Source: a virus (lineage: Duplodnaviria; Caudoviricetes). Taken from it: DNA of 62,604 nt. Position 1 is the stretch's first letter, and the number at the start of each line of letters is the position of its first letter. Shown in pieces: positions 55,421 through 62,484 of this stretch. Position numbers and translations under genes: made by a program. The DNA lies in IMG/VR virus record IMGVR_UViG_3300044619_000874, positions 1 through 62,604 of that record. One strand, 5' to 3'. The notes below the pieces were generated by a model. That model ran no database searches and was not told the origin of the DNA. It saw nothing but the letters and a program-made list of their open reading frames with translations.

Positions 55421-56215
55421 ATGCTTCGATCAATCGCGTTCGCTCTCGCGCTGGCCGGTGCCGCAGTACTCGGTCTCGCCTTCTCGCTGTTCGGTGCTGG
55501 CATGGCACTCGCTGGCACGATCACCGGCACTGCCCAGACGTTCGACTCCGAGATTCGGCAGCGGCTGAGTGAGTACGAGGATTGGGGTGTCTGGAATGCA
55601 GGCACCCTGCAAGCCAACGTCACCAGCGGGGCAGGGCGGATCAACTACTCCCTGACGGCCTCGGCACCGGCTACGCCACTGGCTCGTGATCCCGGCGTGG
55701 CGATCTTCAACACGGGGAACGGGTACTACGTCGGCGGGCTCTCCTACGTCACCAACAGTGCCGAGGGGAAGGGCTTCACCTTGACCGTGCCATATCAGTA
55801 CGCCAATGGGAACCGGCTCGACCTGTGGCTGATGACCAATGGGCCTGTCTCGGCAGACATCACCGCCTCTGAACTCTTGGGGTCAGGGACTACGGTGAGC
55901 CTTTCTCCGTACCAGAACTACATCGTGTCGTTCATCTCGACGGGGCTGACCGAAGACCTGACCGTGAGCATGGTGGGCCGGGGCAACTTCAACAGCGCAC
56001 AGGGGCAGATGTCATTCGGTGCCGCAGCACTTTCCCCTGTGGTGGTGCCCGAGCCGGAGTACTGGCTGGCGTTCCTGCTGCTCATCGGCGGCTTCGTGGC
56101 ATACCGGGTGGTCGAGACGATCTGGTGGTTCTACGACACGGTGCGGACGCTGGAAGACGACTTCGAGGGACGAAAACTCCCCGAGGGTGACTTGGAAGAC
56201 CGCTGGCTGCCGTAG
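55421..56215 (+). CDS. Secreted PEP-CTERM-type protein
   Basis: Signal peptide, Thr/Ser/Gly-rich body, VPEPEY followed by TM helix and a cytoplasmic tail. Confidence 0.75.
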   Translation: MLRSIAFALALAGAAVLGLAFSLFGAGMALAGTITGTAQTFDSEIRQRLSEYEDWGVWNAGTLQANVTSGAGRINYSLTASAPATPLARDPGVAIFNTGNGYYVGGLSYVTNSAEGKGFTLTVPYQYANGNRLDLWLMTNGPVSADITASELLGSGTTVSLSPYQNYIVSFISTGLTEDLTVSMVGRGNFNSAQGQMSFGAAALSPVVVPEPEYWLAFLLLIGGFVAYRVVETIWWFYDTVRTLEDDFEGRKLPEGDLEDRWLP

Positions 56216-56336
56216 CACTTCGGATCGAGAGGGTAGCCACCGACCGCCAGTGGCGTGATTCACTCCCTCCGATCTGTGGCCGACGCCTGACGCAGCCTGA
56301 CAACGGCCGGGCGCAGGGGCGGAGTTGGCCTGCGGC

Positions 56337-56429
56337 TCACACAGCCGGGCCGTCAATGAACTGCATCGGGAGGAACTCGTCCTCCTCGGCTTCCCACTCG
56401 TCCTCGTCGCAGATGTGCCACCCAGCCAT
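56337..56429 (-). CDS. Acidic micro-protein, 30 aa
   Basis: MAGWHICDEDEWEAEEDEFLPMQFIDGPAV; GGAGG RBS; translated by hand. Confidence 0.5.
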   Translation of the reverse strand: MAGWHICDEDEWEAEEDEFLPMQFIDGPAV

Positions 56430-56572
56430 GCTCGCCTCCAGTGAGAGGCTTATGGCTCGACCGGCCTAAGTCGGGAAATCGATTCTGAGGGCCCTAGCGT
56501 GCGTTCTGGCGGGTTCGGCCACCCGGTGTACCTGCGTACACCAATCGGGCTTCTGGGGCGATCCTAGCGCGC

Positions 56573-57112
56573 CTACGGGCCATCTACGATCGGCAGGCAC
56601 ATCTGGCCCGGCAGAAACTTGGAAGGCTCGGGCTGGAGGGGCTCCGGGGCAACCACGGGCACCTCGTAGTTCTTCCGGGCCTCCGCGTAGATGTGGCCGA
56701 TGTGGTTGTCGTACCACGGCCTGCCCGTCCGGCTCCTGCTCCCCCAGCGGTTCAGTGCGCTGGCAATCTTCCCAAACGACCAGCACTCGTCGTCGCGGAG
56801 CATTCGGACGACCCGGCGAACCGCCTGCTCTAAGGGGTTCTCGATCAGCCTGCTATCGCGGGTGACCTCGTACCCGTAGGGCGGTCGGCCGATGCGGCGG
56901 TTCTCATCGCGAGCCCGCTCTTGACCCTCGCGGACGAGAGTGGCGACGCCGTCAGTGCGGTTACGACGAAGGTCGTGCGTCTTGTCGTGGCATGTCGGGC
57001 ACAGCGGCACAGTGCGAGTCCCGCCGCGCGACTGCGGGATGACGTGATGCTGCTCCTCGGCCGGGGAGCCGCACTCAAAGCAGCGATCGGGGTGTATGAC
57101 CAGCGCATCCAT
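56573..57112 (-). CDS. HNH-like domain fused to serine-recombinase DNA-binding (recombinase) domain
   Basis: CFEC...HHVIP.SRGG...LCPTCH, then GRPPYGY...SFGKIASALN..G.RSRTGRPW. Confidence 0.75.
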   Translation of the reverse strand: MDALVIHPDRCFECGSPAEEQHHVIPQSRGGTRTVPLCPTCHDKTHDLRRNRTDGVATLVREGQERARDENRRIGRPPYGYEVTRDSRLIENPLEQAVRRVVRMLRDDECWSFGKIASALNRWGSRSRTGRPWYDNHIGHIYAEARKNYEVPVVAPEPLQPEPSKFLPGQMCLPIVDGP

Positions 57113-57228
57113 GCGCTATGGGTTTCGCGCAGCGTGTCAAGTTTGGCAACAGGTTTAGCGCGCTACAGGGGGCGAGATATTTTGAGCGTCAACTCGTGGT
57201 GGCATGTATGTATGGGCCAGCCGCCGCC

Positions 57229-57260
57229 GGGGGGCTCGGGGCGGGGCGGGGCGGGGCGGG
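57229..57260 (+). repeat. G-run tract (GGGGC)n, potential G-quadruplex
   Basis: GGGGGG-CTC-GGGG-C-GGGG-C-GGGG-C-GGGG-C-GGG. Confidence 0.7.
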
Positions 57261-57471
57261 CAGCGGCGTGGCGGGCCTGTTTTTCCGCAGCGAACGCGGG
57301 GCACCGTGGGAACCTTCGGTGCCCCAAGGGCGTACCGCGATCCCAGATTGTGGCATTCCCGCCCGCATTACTTATGGCGCGACATTCGCACCGCACTACA
57401 TTCCGCCGTCGGATTTCTTCGCACGCCCCACGTTCGCGGGCACCGCTCGATTCCCCGCGAGTTATCGCCGT

Positions 57472-57488
57472 GCGGCTAGGTGTTTTGG
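57472..57488 (+). repeat. Motif variant GCGGCTAGGTGTTTTGG
   Basis: 3 mismatches to the 15-mer; precedes first early gene. Confidence 0.55.
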
Positions 57489-57521
57489 ATCGATGCAACA
57501 CCCCCAACGGAGACGACGACG

Positions 57522-57755
57522 ATGATCCACAACCGACTGACAGTGAGCCTCGACCGGGACGACGTCACCATGATCGTGGCCGCCCTCGCAACGATGCGAG
57601 TGGACGCCGAAACCAACGCGGCCAACATGGCGGCCGTCGATGATGACATGCGAGACGATGACGCCATCGCCGATGCCCGGGCAGTGGTCGCCGACTTGCA
57701 ACGGCTGAGCGACCGACTCGTGTCCGCTGCGGTCTACGCCGCGAGATACCGCTGA
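57522..57755 (+). CDS. Hypothetical acidic helical protein
   Basis: GGAG RBS, 77 aa. Confidence 0.6.
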   Translation: MIHNRLTVSLDRDDVTMIVAALATMRVDAETNAANMAAVDDDMRDDDAIADARAVVADLQRLSDRLVSAAVYAARYR

Positions 57756-57830
57756 GCGGCTAGTCGTTCTGCCCCCCCTCAACACCTTGACGCGATGCGG
57801 CCCGTAGCAGGGCGTTCCTGCTGCGGGCCG
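57756..57830 (+). repeat. Motif GCGGCTAGTCGTTCT plus hairpin
   Basis: 1 mismatch; stem 57798-57811/57817-57830. Confidence 0.8.
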
Positions 57831-57851
57831 TTCGCATTTGGAGACTCTTCG

Positions 57852-58853
57852 ATGATCGCTCTCAACACCGTGATGCCACGCCTGCCCAAGATGGGCAAGC
57901 CTCCCCGGGCTCGTACTGCCAAGGCCAAGGGGCCGATCTTCCCGCGTCGTGCTGCGATGGAACTGGCACAGTTCGTGATGGATGCCCCGTCTGCCGCCGC
58001 CATCGCCGCGAAGTGTCGATGGATGATCGAAGACATGGTCGCCCGGTTTCCCGGCCGTGGGCCGCACGTTTCGGGCTCGTGGGAATGGATGCTCGCACGC
58101 ATCGCCGACGCCATCGACAACGGCACCGATGCCTTCACGCTCATCAGCATGGACGGCAACACGAAGTTGCCCTTCGCGTCGTGGTCATGCCTGCCTGTCG
58201 TGACGTGCCCGGGCATGGGTGCGTGCGGGAAGTTCTGCTACAGCCTGCGGGCATGGCGGAACCCATCGGCCTACGGTCGCCAACTGTGGGCGACCATCGT
58301 GCTGCGGTTCTATCGCCGCCGCATCATCGATGCGTGGAAGGCCCTCCCCGCTGGCATCGTCGTGCGGCTGTACGTTGACGGTGACTTCGACTCGGCCGAG
58401 ACGCTGCGGTTCTGGTTCAACCTGATCGCCCAACGGCCCGACCTGCGGGTCTACGGGTACTCGAAATCGTGGCACCTGCTGATCGATTGGCACCGTGCGG
58501 GACATACGTTCCCGGCCAACTACTACGTCAACGTGTCGAGCGGGTCGAAGTACGACAACGACCCTGCGATGCGGCAGGCCATGCTCGACCTGCCCGTGGC
58601 TCGCGGCGAGTTCATCGTCGTGAAGGTCAAGGGTGAGGGCACGCTCTGGCCGAAGGGTTTCCAGCGGTACCAGTCCAAGGCATACCACGAGGCGGTCTAC
58701 GCCGAGGCCAAGCGTCTCGGCATCAAGGGCGTGTCGTGCGGCGGTGACTGCGGTGCGTGCGGCAACGGCACCCACTGGTGCGGTGCGATCCAGCCCAACG
58801 GCACCGTGAAGCAGTCGCTGATCGGCCTGCCCATCCTTATCGGTGCCCACTGA
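57852..58853 (+). CDS. gp88-like Cys-cluster (radical-SAM-like) protein
   Basis: GNTKL, TCPGMGACGKFCY, RLYVDGDF, YGYSK, CGGDCGAC. Confidence 0.75.
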   Translation: MIALNTVMPRLPKMGKPPRARTAKAKGPIFPRRAAMELAQFVMDAPSAAAIAAKCRWMIEDMVARFPGRGPHVSGSWEWMLARIADAIDNGTDAFTLISMDGNTKLPFASWSCLPVVTCPGMGACGKFCYSLRAWRNPSAYGRQLWATIVLRFYRRRIIDAWKALPAGIVVRLYVDGDFDSAETLRFWFNLIAQRPDLRVYGYSKSWHLLIDWHRAGHTFPANYYVNVSSGSKYDNDPAMRQAMLDLPVARGEFIVVKVKGEGTLWPKGFQRYQSKAYHEAVYAEAKRLGIKGVSCGGDCGACGNGTHWCGAIQPNGTVKQSLIGLPILIGAH

Positions 58854-58863
58854 AACGGGCACT

Positions 58864-58879
58864 GCGGCTAGTAGTTCTG
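58864..58879 (+). repeat. Dispersed motif, perfect copy
   Basis: GCGGCTAGTAGTTCTG. Confidence 0.9.
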
Positions 58880-58912
58880 AACCCCAGCACCCTCTCGAAA
58901 GGACGATGACGC

Positions 58913-59089
58913 ATGGCTTCCTACGACGTCTTCATCAACTCCGGCGTGAACGTGACCATCCCCGACAGCGTTGACCCATCGACGCCCGAGGGGCACCGCA
59001 TCCTCCGCGATGCCACGCTCGCCCGCCTTCGCACGCTCCTCGACGAGGGCGGCGAGATCGACCTCGACTACGAACGATACGACGGCTGA
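58913..59089 (+). CDS. Small hypothetical protein, 58 aa
   Basis: MASYDVFINSGVNVTIPD...DYERYDG; AAGGA RBS; translated by hand. Confidence 0.6.
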   Translation: MASYDVFINSGVNVTIPDSVDPSTPEGHRILRDATLARLRTLLDEGGEIDLDYERYDG

Positions 59090-59097
59090 CAGTTCTG

Positions 59098-59121
59098 AAC
59101 CCTCACCCTCAACAGGAGATT
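59098..59121 (+). repeat. 24-bp leader repeat, copy 1
   Basis: AACCCTCACCCTCAACAGGAGATT, identical at 59387-59410. Confidence 0.9.
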
Positions 59122-59127
59122 GCGACC

Positions 59128-59388
59128 ATGCCATGCGGATACCACTTTCGCATCTGCAAATGCTGCGACCACCCGGGCCACGAGCGTGGCATACCCGGGT
59201 GCAAGCACAGCGGCCAGCCCGGATACCACCTCCTCGTGACACTGCCGGGTTCGACCGGCCACGTTGCGACCGAGGATCGCGTGATGCTCGACCGCACGCT
59301 GTTCAGTAGTTGGCCCATCGCCCGCATTCACAAGCAGTACAGCAAGGCGTACCCGCACTGCGAAGTCGAAGTGACCCGGCTCCCTTAA
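59128..59388 (+). CDS. Small Cys/His-rich protein
   Basis: AGGAG RBS, 86 aa. Confidence 0.6.
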   Translation: MPCGYHFRICKCCDHPGHERGIPGCKHSGQPGYHLLVTLPGSTGHVATEDRVMLDRTLFSSWPIARIHKQYSKAYPHCEVEVTRLP

Positions 59389-59410
59389 CCCTCACCCTCA
59401 ACAGGAGATT
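59387..59410 (+). repeat. 24-bp leader repeat, copy 2
   Basis: Identical to 59098-59121. Confidence 0.9.
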
Positions 59411-59415
59411 CGACC

Positions 59416-59685
59416 GTGAACGTCCACCTGAATGCTGACCTGCCCGCCGTGAACGATGTGCCGACGCTACACGCCTTCGACTACATCACGCTGCTGGAGT
59501 ACTGCCGATTGGCACGGCTCGACCACGCCAAGACTCTCGAACGACTGACCGACTCGACGATCACGTTCGGCGGCGGATGCGGCGAGATGACGTTCATCGC
59601 CGCCCATCACCTGTCGGAAGAACTCGGCGTCGAAAACCCAGCCAGCCTCACGGCACGGTGCTGGACGCCCGTCTGGCTCGGCTGA
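59416..59685 (+). CDS. Hypothetical protein
   Basis: AGGAG RBS, GTG start. Confidence 0.6.
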   Translation: MNVHLNADLPAVNDVPTLHAFDYITLLEYCRLARLDHAKTLERLTDSTITFGGGCGEMTFIAAHHLSEELGVENPASLTARCWTPVWLG

Positions 59686-59768
59686 CCAACCAACCCACAA
59701 CCCAGTACTGCGGCCCCGGCGGGAGCGTTTCCCGTGCGGGGTCGCAGCGTTTCCAGAGGAGAGTTCCC

Positions 59769-60176
59769 GTGTACTACGTTCGCTTCCACCTTGCCAAAGG
59801 CCAGCACTTCAAGCACTGGCAGATCACTGCCCCCGATGGATCGAAGACCTTCCACGATCCCAACGATGTGCAGATCAAGATGTTCGGCTGCACCCTGCAC
59901 AACCAGCCGGGTACCGCTGCCCGCATTAACGCGGGCGAGATCGACAAGACCGTCTGTGCTGGCGTCGAGTGCGAGCATCTCGTCGTGAAGCAACTGCGGT
60001 GCTGGCACCTGCCCGCACCGGGTGAGCGTGTCTTCTACAACCCGCGAGTCACCCCGTTCTGGCGTGACTGTGAGGGCGTGAACATCGACGGCTCGGGGTG
60101 GGAGCAGATCACCACCATGAGCAGCGGCCTGTTCGCGACCGGCCGCGTGGCCGAGCACGTTCTCTCCCTCGGCTGA
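59769..60176 (+). CDS. Hypothetical protein
   Basis: GAGGAG RBS before GTG; RFHLAKG.HFKHWQI...YNPR. Confidence 0.65.
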   Translation: MYYVRFHLAKGQHFKHWQITAPDGSKTFHDPNDVQIKMFGCTLHNQPGTAARINAGEIDKTVCAGVECEHLVVKQLRCWHLPAPGERVFYNPRVTPFWRDCEGVNIDGSGWEQITTMSSGLFATGRVAEHVLSLG

Positions 60177-60213
60177 TTGATTCTGTGACCCCAACCCCCA
60201 ACACGAAAGGACG

Positions 60214-60648
60214 ATGACGATGCATGGGCTCTTTGTTCAGCGGCCGTTCGCCAGTTCGCTGGTGCATGGCACGAAGATGATCGAGACGCGGTCGTACCCG
60301 CTGCCCGAGTCTCTGCTCGGGAAGAGGGTGTTCATCATCGAGACGCCACGCACCGGGCAACGCCGGTCGGGTGATCGCGGGGAGATCGTCGGCACCGTGC
60401 GGTTCGGTGGCTGGAAGTTGTACCTCGACAAGGAAGAGTGGCTCTCCGATGCCCTGCTGCATCGCGTCGAGGACGGCGACCTGCTGTACGGGTGGCGTGA
60501 CGACAAGAAGAAGTACGGCTGGGAGGTGACCGAGTACGAGCCGTGGACTGTGTGCAACTACCGAGGCACAGGGTACGGCAGGGTCTGGGTCACAGGCTGC
60601 GAGCCCGCCGCCCTCATCCCCGACGTTCAGCGTGCGGTTCGTTCGTGA
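60214..60648 (+). CDS. ASCH-domain protein
   Basis: LFVQRPFASSLVHGTKMIETRS...GEIVGTV. Confidence 0.85.
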   Translation: MTMHGLFVQRPFASSLVHGTKMIETRSYPLPESLLGKRVFIIETPRTGQRRSGDRGEIVGTVRFGGWKLYLDKEEWLSDALLHRVEDGDLLYGWRDDKKKYGWEVTEYEPWTVCNYRGTGYGRVWVTGCEPAALIPDVQRAVRS

Positions 60649-60733
60649 ACCCCGGCCCGTGATCGGCAGCCCTCCGCAGGGCGGGCTGCCATTCGTGGAT
60701 CGTGGATCGATGACCAATCTGGAGTACTGAATC

Positions 60734-61276
60734 ATGGCTGATCAACTGAAGATCGTGTGCCGCCCGTCCTTCGACGAGATGTATGTCGAGAGCGAGAGCG
60801 GCTACATGCTGGCGAACCTGTACCGCTCCGCCAAGATGGCGGACGGCGACGTCGAGGTTATTGTCGGGGACGACTGCTGTTCGCTTGCCGCCCACAACGT
60901 CACCACCGAGGAGCAGTGGCGTGGCATCTGCGATCTGTTCGCTGCCGCACCGGAGATGCTCGCGGTGCTGCGTGACCTGCGTGCCACGCTGGAGGTGTTG
61001 ACTGGGTGGCGTGAACTCGACGGCACGCAGATCGACCAACTCATCGCCAGCGATGGGCTGCACTACCTCGACAAGGTCATCGCCAAGGCCGAGCCACCCC
61101 GCAAGGTGAAGAAGCGTCTGCTCGTCTCGGTCGAGGTCGAGGTCGAGGCCGACTCCGACGCCACGCTCGACGTGTTCAAGACCCGTGCCCTCGACAGCGT
61201 CTACACCGGGGGCGGTGTGTGCGTGTCGTTCAAGGGCAAGACGGTGACCACGCTCGGCGAACTCTACGAGGAGTGA
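60734..61276 (+). CDS. Hypothetical protein
   Basis: AAAPEMLAVL motif common in small phage proteins; GGAG RBS. Confidence 0.65.
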   Translation: MADQLKIVCRPSFDEMYVESESGYMLANLYRSAKMADGDVEVIVGDDCCSLAAHNVTTEEQWRGICDLFAAAPEMLAVLRDLRATLEVLTGWRELDGTQIDQLIASDGLHYLDKVIAKAEPPRKVKKRLLVSVEVEVEADSDATLDVFKTRALDSVYTGGGVCVSFKGKTVTTLGELYEE

Positions 61277-61280
61277 GTGA

Positions 61281-61347
61281 GCGGCTAGTAGTTCTAGACA
61301 CACAGTTCCACGACCCCGGCAGGTGCGTTGCCTGACCGGGGTCGTGG
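61281..61347 (+). repeat. Perfect motif plus bulged hairpin
   Basis: GCGGCTAGTAGTTCTAG; stem 61308-61323/61331-61347. Confidence 0.9.
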
Positions 61348-61366
61348 TGTTTCAAGAGGTGATGCG

Positions 61367-61735
61367 ATGGGTGCGATGAAGCGTGCGGCCTACGAGGTGA
61401 GCGGAGCAATGCTCGACCGCTTCGTGGCTTGGTCGAAGACCGAGGAGTTCAGGGAGGGCGGCGTCTACCACAAGGCCGACGCCATCGTGAAGTGGATGCG
61501 GGAGGAGGGGTTCGTGGGCAGCCGCCCGCTGTTCGCCCTGCTGCGTGAACTGCACGAGGAGACGAAGCCGGGCACCAATGACGGCGGTGCGTCGTGGCGT
61601 TGGTGGCTGGTCGAGCGGGTGACCGAGTGCATCGAGCGGAAGTACGAGCGGGAGTACGAGGTGGCCGAGGCCGCTCGCACCCTGCTGCGTTCGATGACCG
61701 ACGAGGTGGACGCCATCGTGAAAGGAGATGCGTGA
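61367..61735 (+). CDS. Hypothetical protein
   Basis: GAGGTG RBS. Confidence 0.6.
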   Translation: MGAMKRAAYEVSGAMLDRFVAWSKTEEFREGGVYHKADAIVKWMREEGFVGSRPLFALLRELHEETKPGTNDGGASWRWWLVERVTECIERKYEREYEVAEAARTLLRSMTDEVDAIVKGDA

Positions 61736-62034
61736 TGCGATTCCGCAAGGCCAAGGACGGCACGATCTCGTACCACGCCAAGGTCGGGCGAGGCGTGGAC
61801 TATCAGGTGCAGTACTACCCGAAGACAGGGTGGAAGGCACAGCGTCGTGAGTTCTACGAGGTCGGTGTTCGCTTTGGAGGCGGGCACATTCACGACTCGC
61901 TCACTGATGCCAAGGCGTGGTGCGTCAAGGACTACCTCGCGTTCGCAGTCCAGCGTGATGCGTTCGATTCCATCATGGAGGAGAGGAGGTTGGTGCGTGA
62001 AGACGGTGACCGAGCAGGAGTACCGGGTGAGTGA
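61735..62034 (+). CDS. Hypothetical protein
   Basis: TGATG coupling, AGGAG RBS. Confidence 0.55.
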   Translation: MRFRKAKDGTISYHAKVGRGVDYQVQYYPKTGWKAQRREFYEVGVRFGGGHIHDSLTDAKAWCVKDYLAFAVQRDAFDSIMEERRLVREDGDRAGVPGE

Positions 62035-62308
62035 GCGTGTCGTGCTCCGCCCGGGTGTGAAGTTCAGGGCAGGCGGAGGGCCGTACTACCGCATGCCCGA
62101 CGGGACACGAGTGAGCCTCGCTGCGGCGGGGCCGTTCACCTTCCACGCATACCACAGGCGTGGCAAGGCAGGGTGGATCGAGGCAACCGACAAGCACGGC
62201 TGCTTCGCCCCGCTCCATGTGGCAGGTAGGCGGCGTCGTGTGACGCCGTCGTTGGTACCCCGACCGTACATCGTGCGGTCAACCGTCCGGAGGAAGAAGG
62301 ATGAGTAA
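61997..62308 (+). CDS. Hypothetical basic protein
   Basis: GGAGG RBS before GTG. Confidence 0.55.
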   Translation: MKTVTEQEYRVSERVVLRPGVKFRAGGGPYYRMPDGTRVSLAAAGPFTFHAYHRRGKAGWIEATDKHGCFAPLHVAGRRRRVTPSLVPRPYIVRSTVRRKKDE

Positions 62309-62378
62309 TGCGGAATGGATTCCGCTGGTGATCGAGGTGATCAGGCTGATCGCTGAGATCGTGCGGCAAGGAGGCTGA
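62301..62378 (+). CDS. Micro-peptide, 25 aa (MSNAEWIPLVIEVIRLIAEIVRQGG)
   Basis: Purine-rich RBS; ends 1 nt before the motif; translated by hand. Confidence 0.5.
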   Translation: MSNAEWIPLVIEVIRLIAEIVRQGG

Positions 62379-62379
62379 T

Positions 62380-62446
62380 GCGGCTAGTAGTTCTGGACAG
62401 CACGGCGGGCCACGGGAGATCGGTTCTCTCGTGGCCCCCGTGCTTT
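62380..62446 (+). repeat. Perfect motif plus bulged hairpin with TTT
   Basis: GCGGCTAGTAGTTCTGG; stem 62399-62444. Confidence 0.9.
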
Positions 62447-62457
62447 ACCGGGGTCGG

Positions 62458-62484
62458 CTGAACGCTTGACCACCGGGTGACAAT
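62458..62484 (+). promoter_or_regulatory. Promoter-like element CTGAACGCTTGACCACCG-N3-GACAAT upstream of ORF 47-928
   Basis: 18-mer identical to the inverted copy at 55304-55321. Confidence 0.55.

Noticed and set aside
57472-62395. CRISPR array from the 15-mer repeats
   Set aside because: Copies are hundreds to thousands of bp apart and separated by genes; no cas genes seen.
57756-62444. Canonical integron attC sites
   Set aside because: I did not see RYYYAAC/GTTRRRY boxes framing the hairpins, and the integrase shows no evident IntI-specific insertion; kept only as an analogy.
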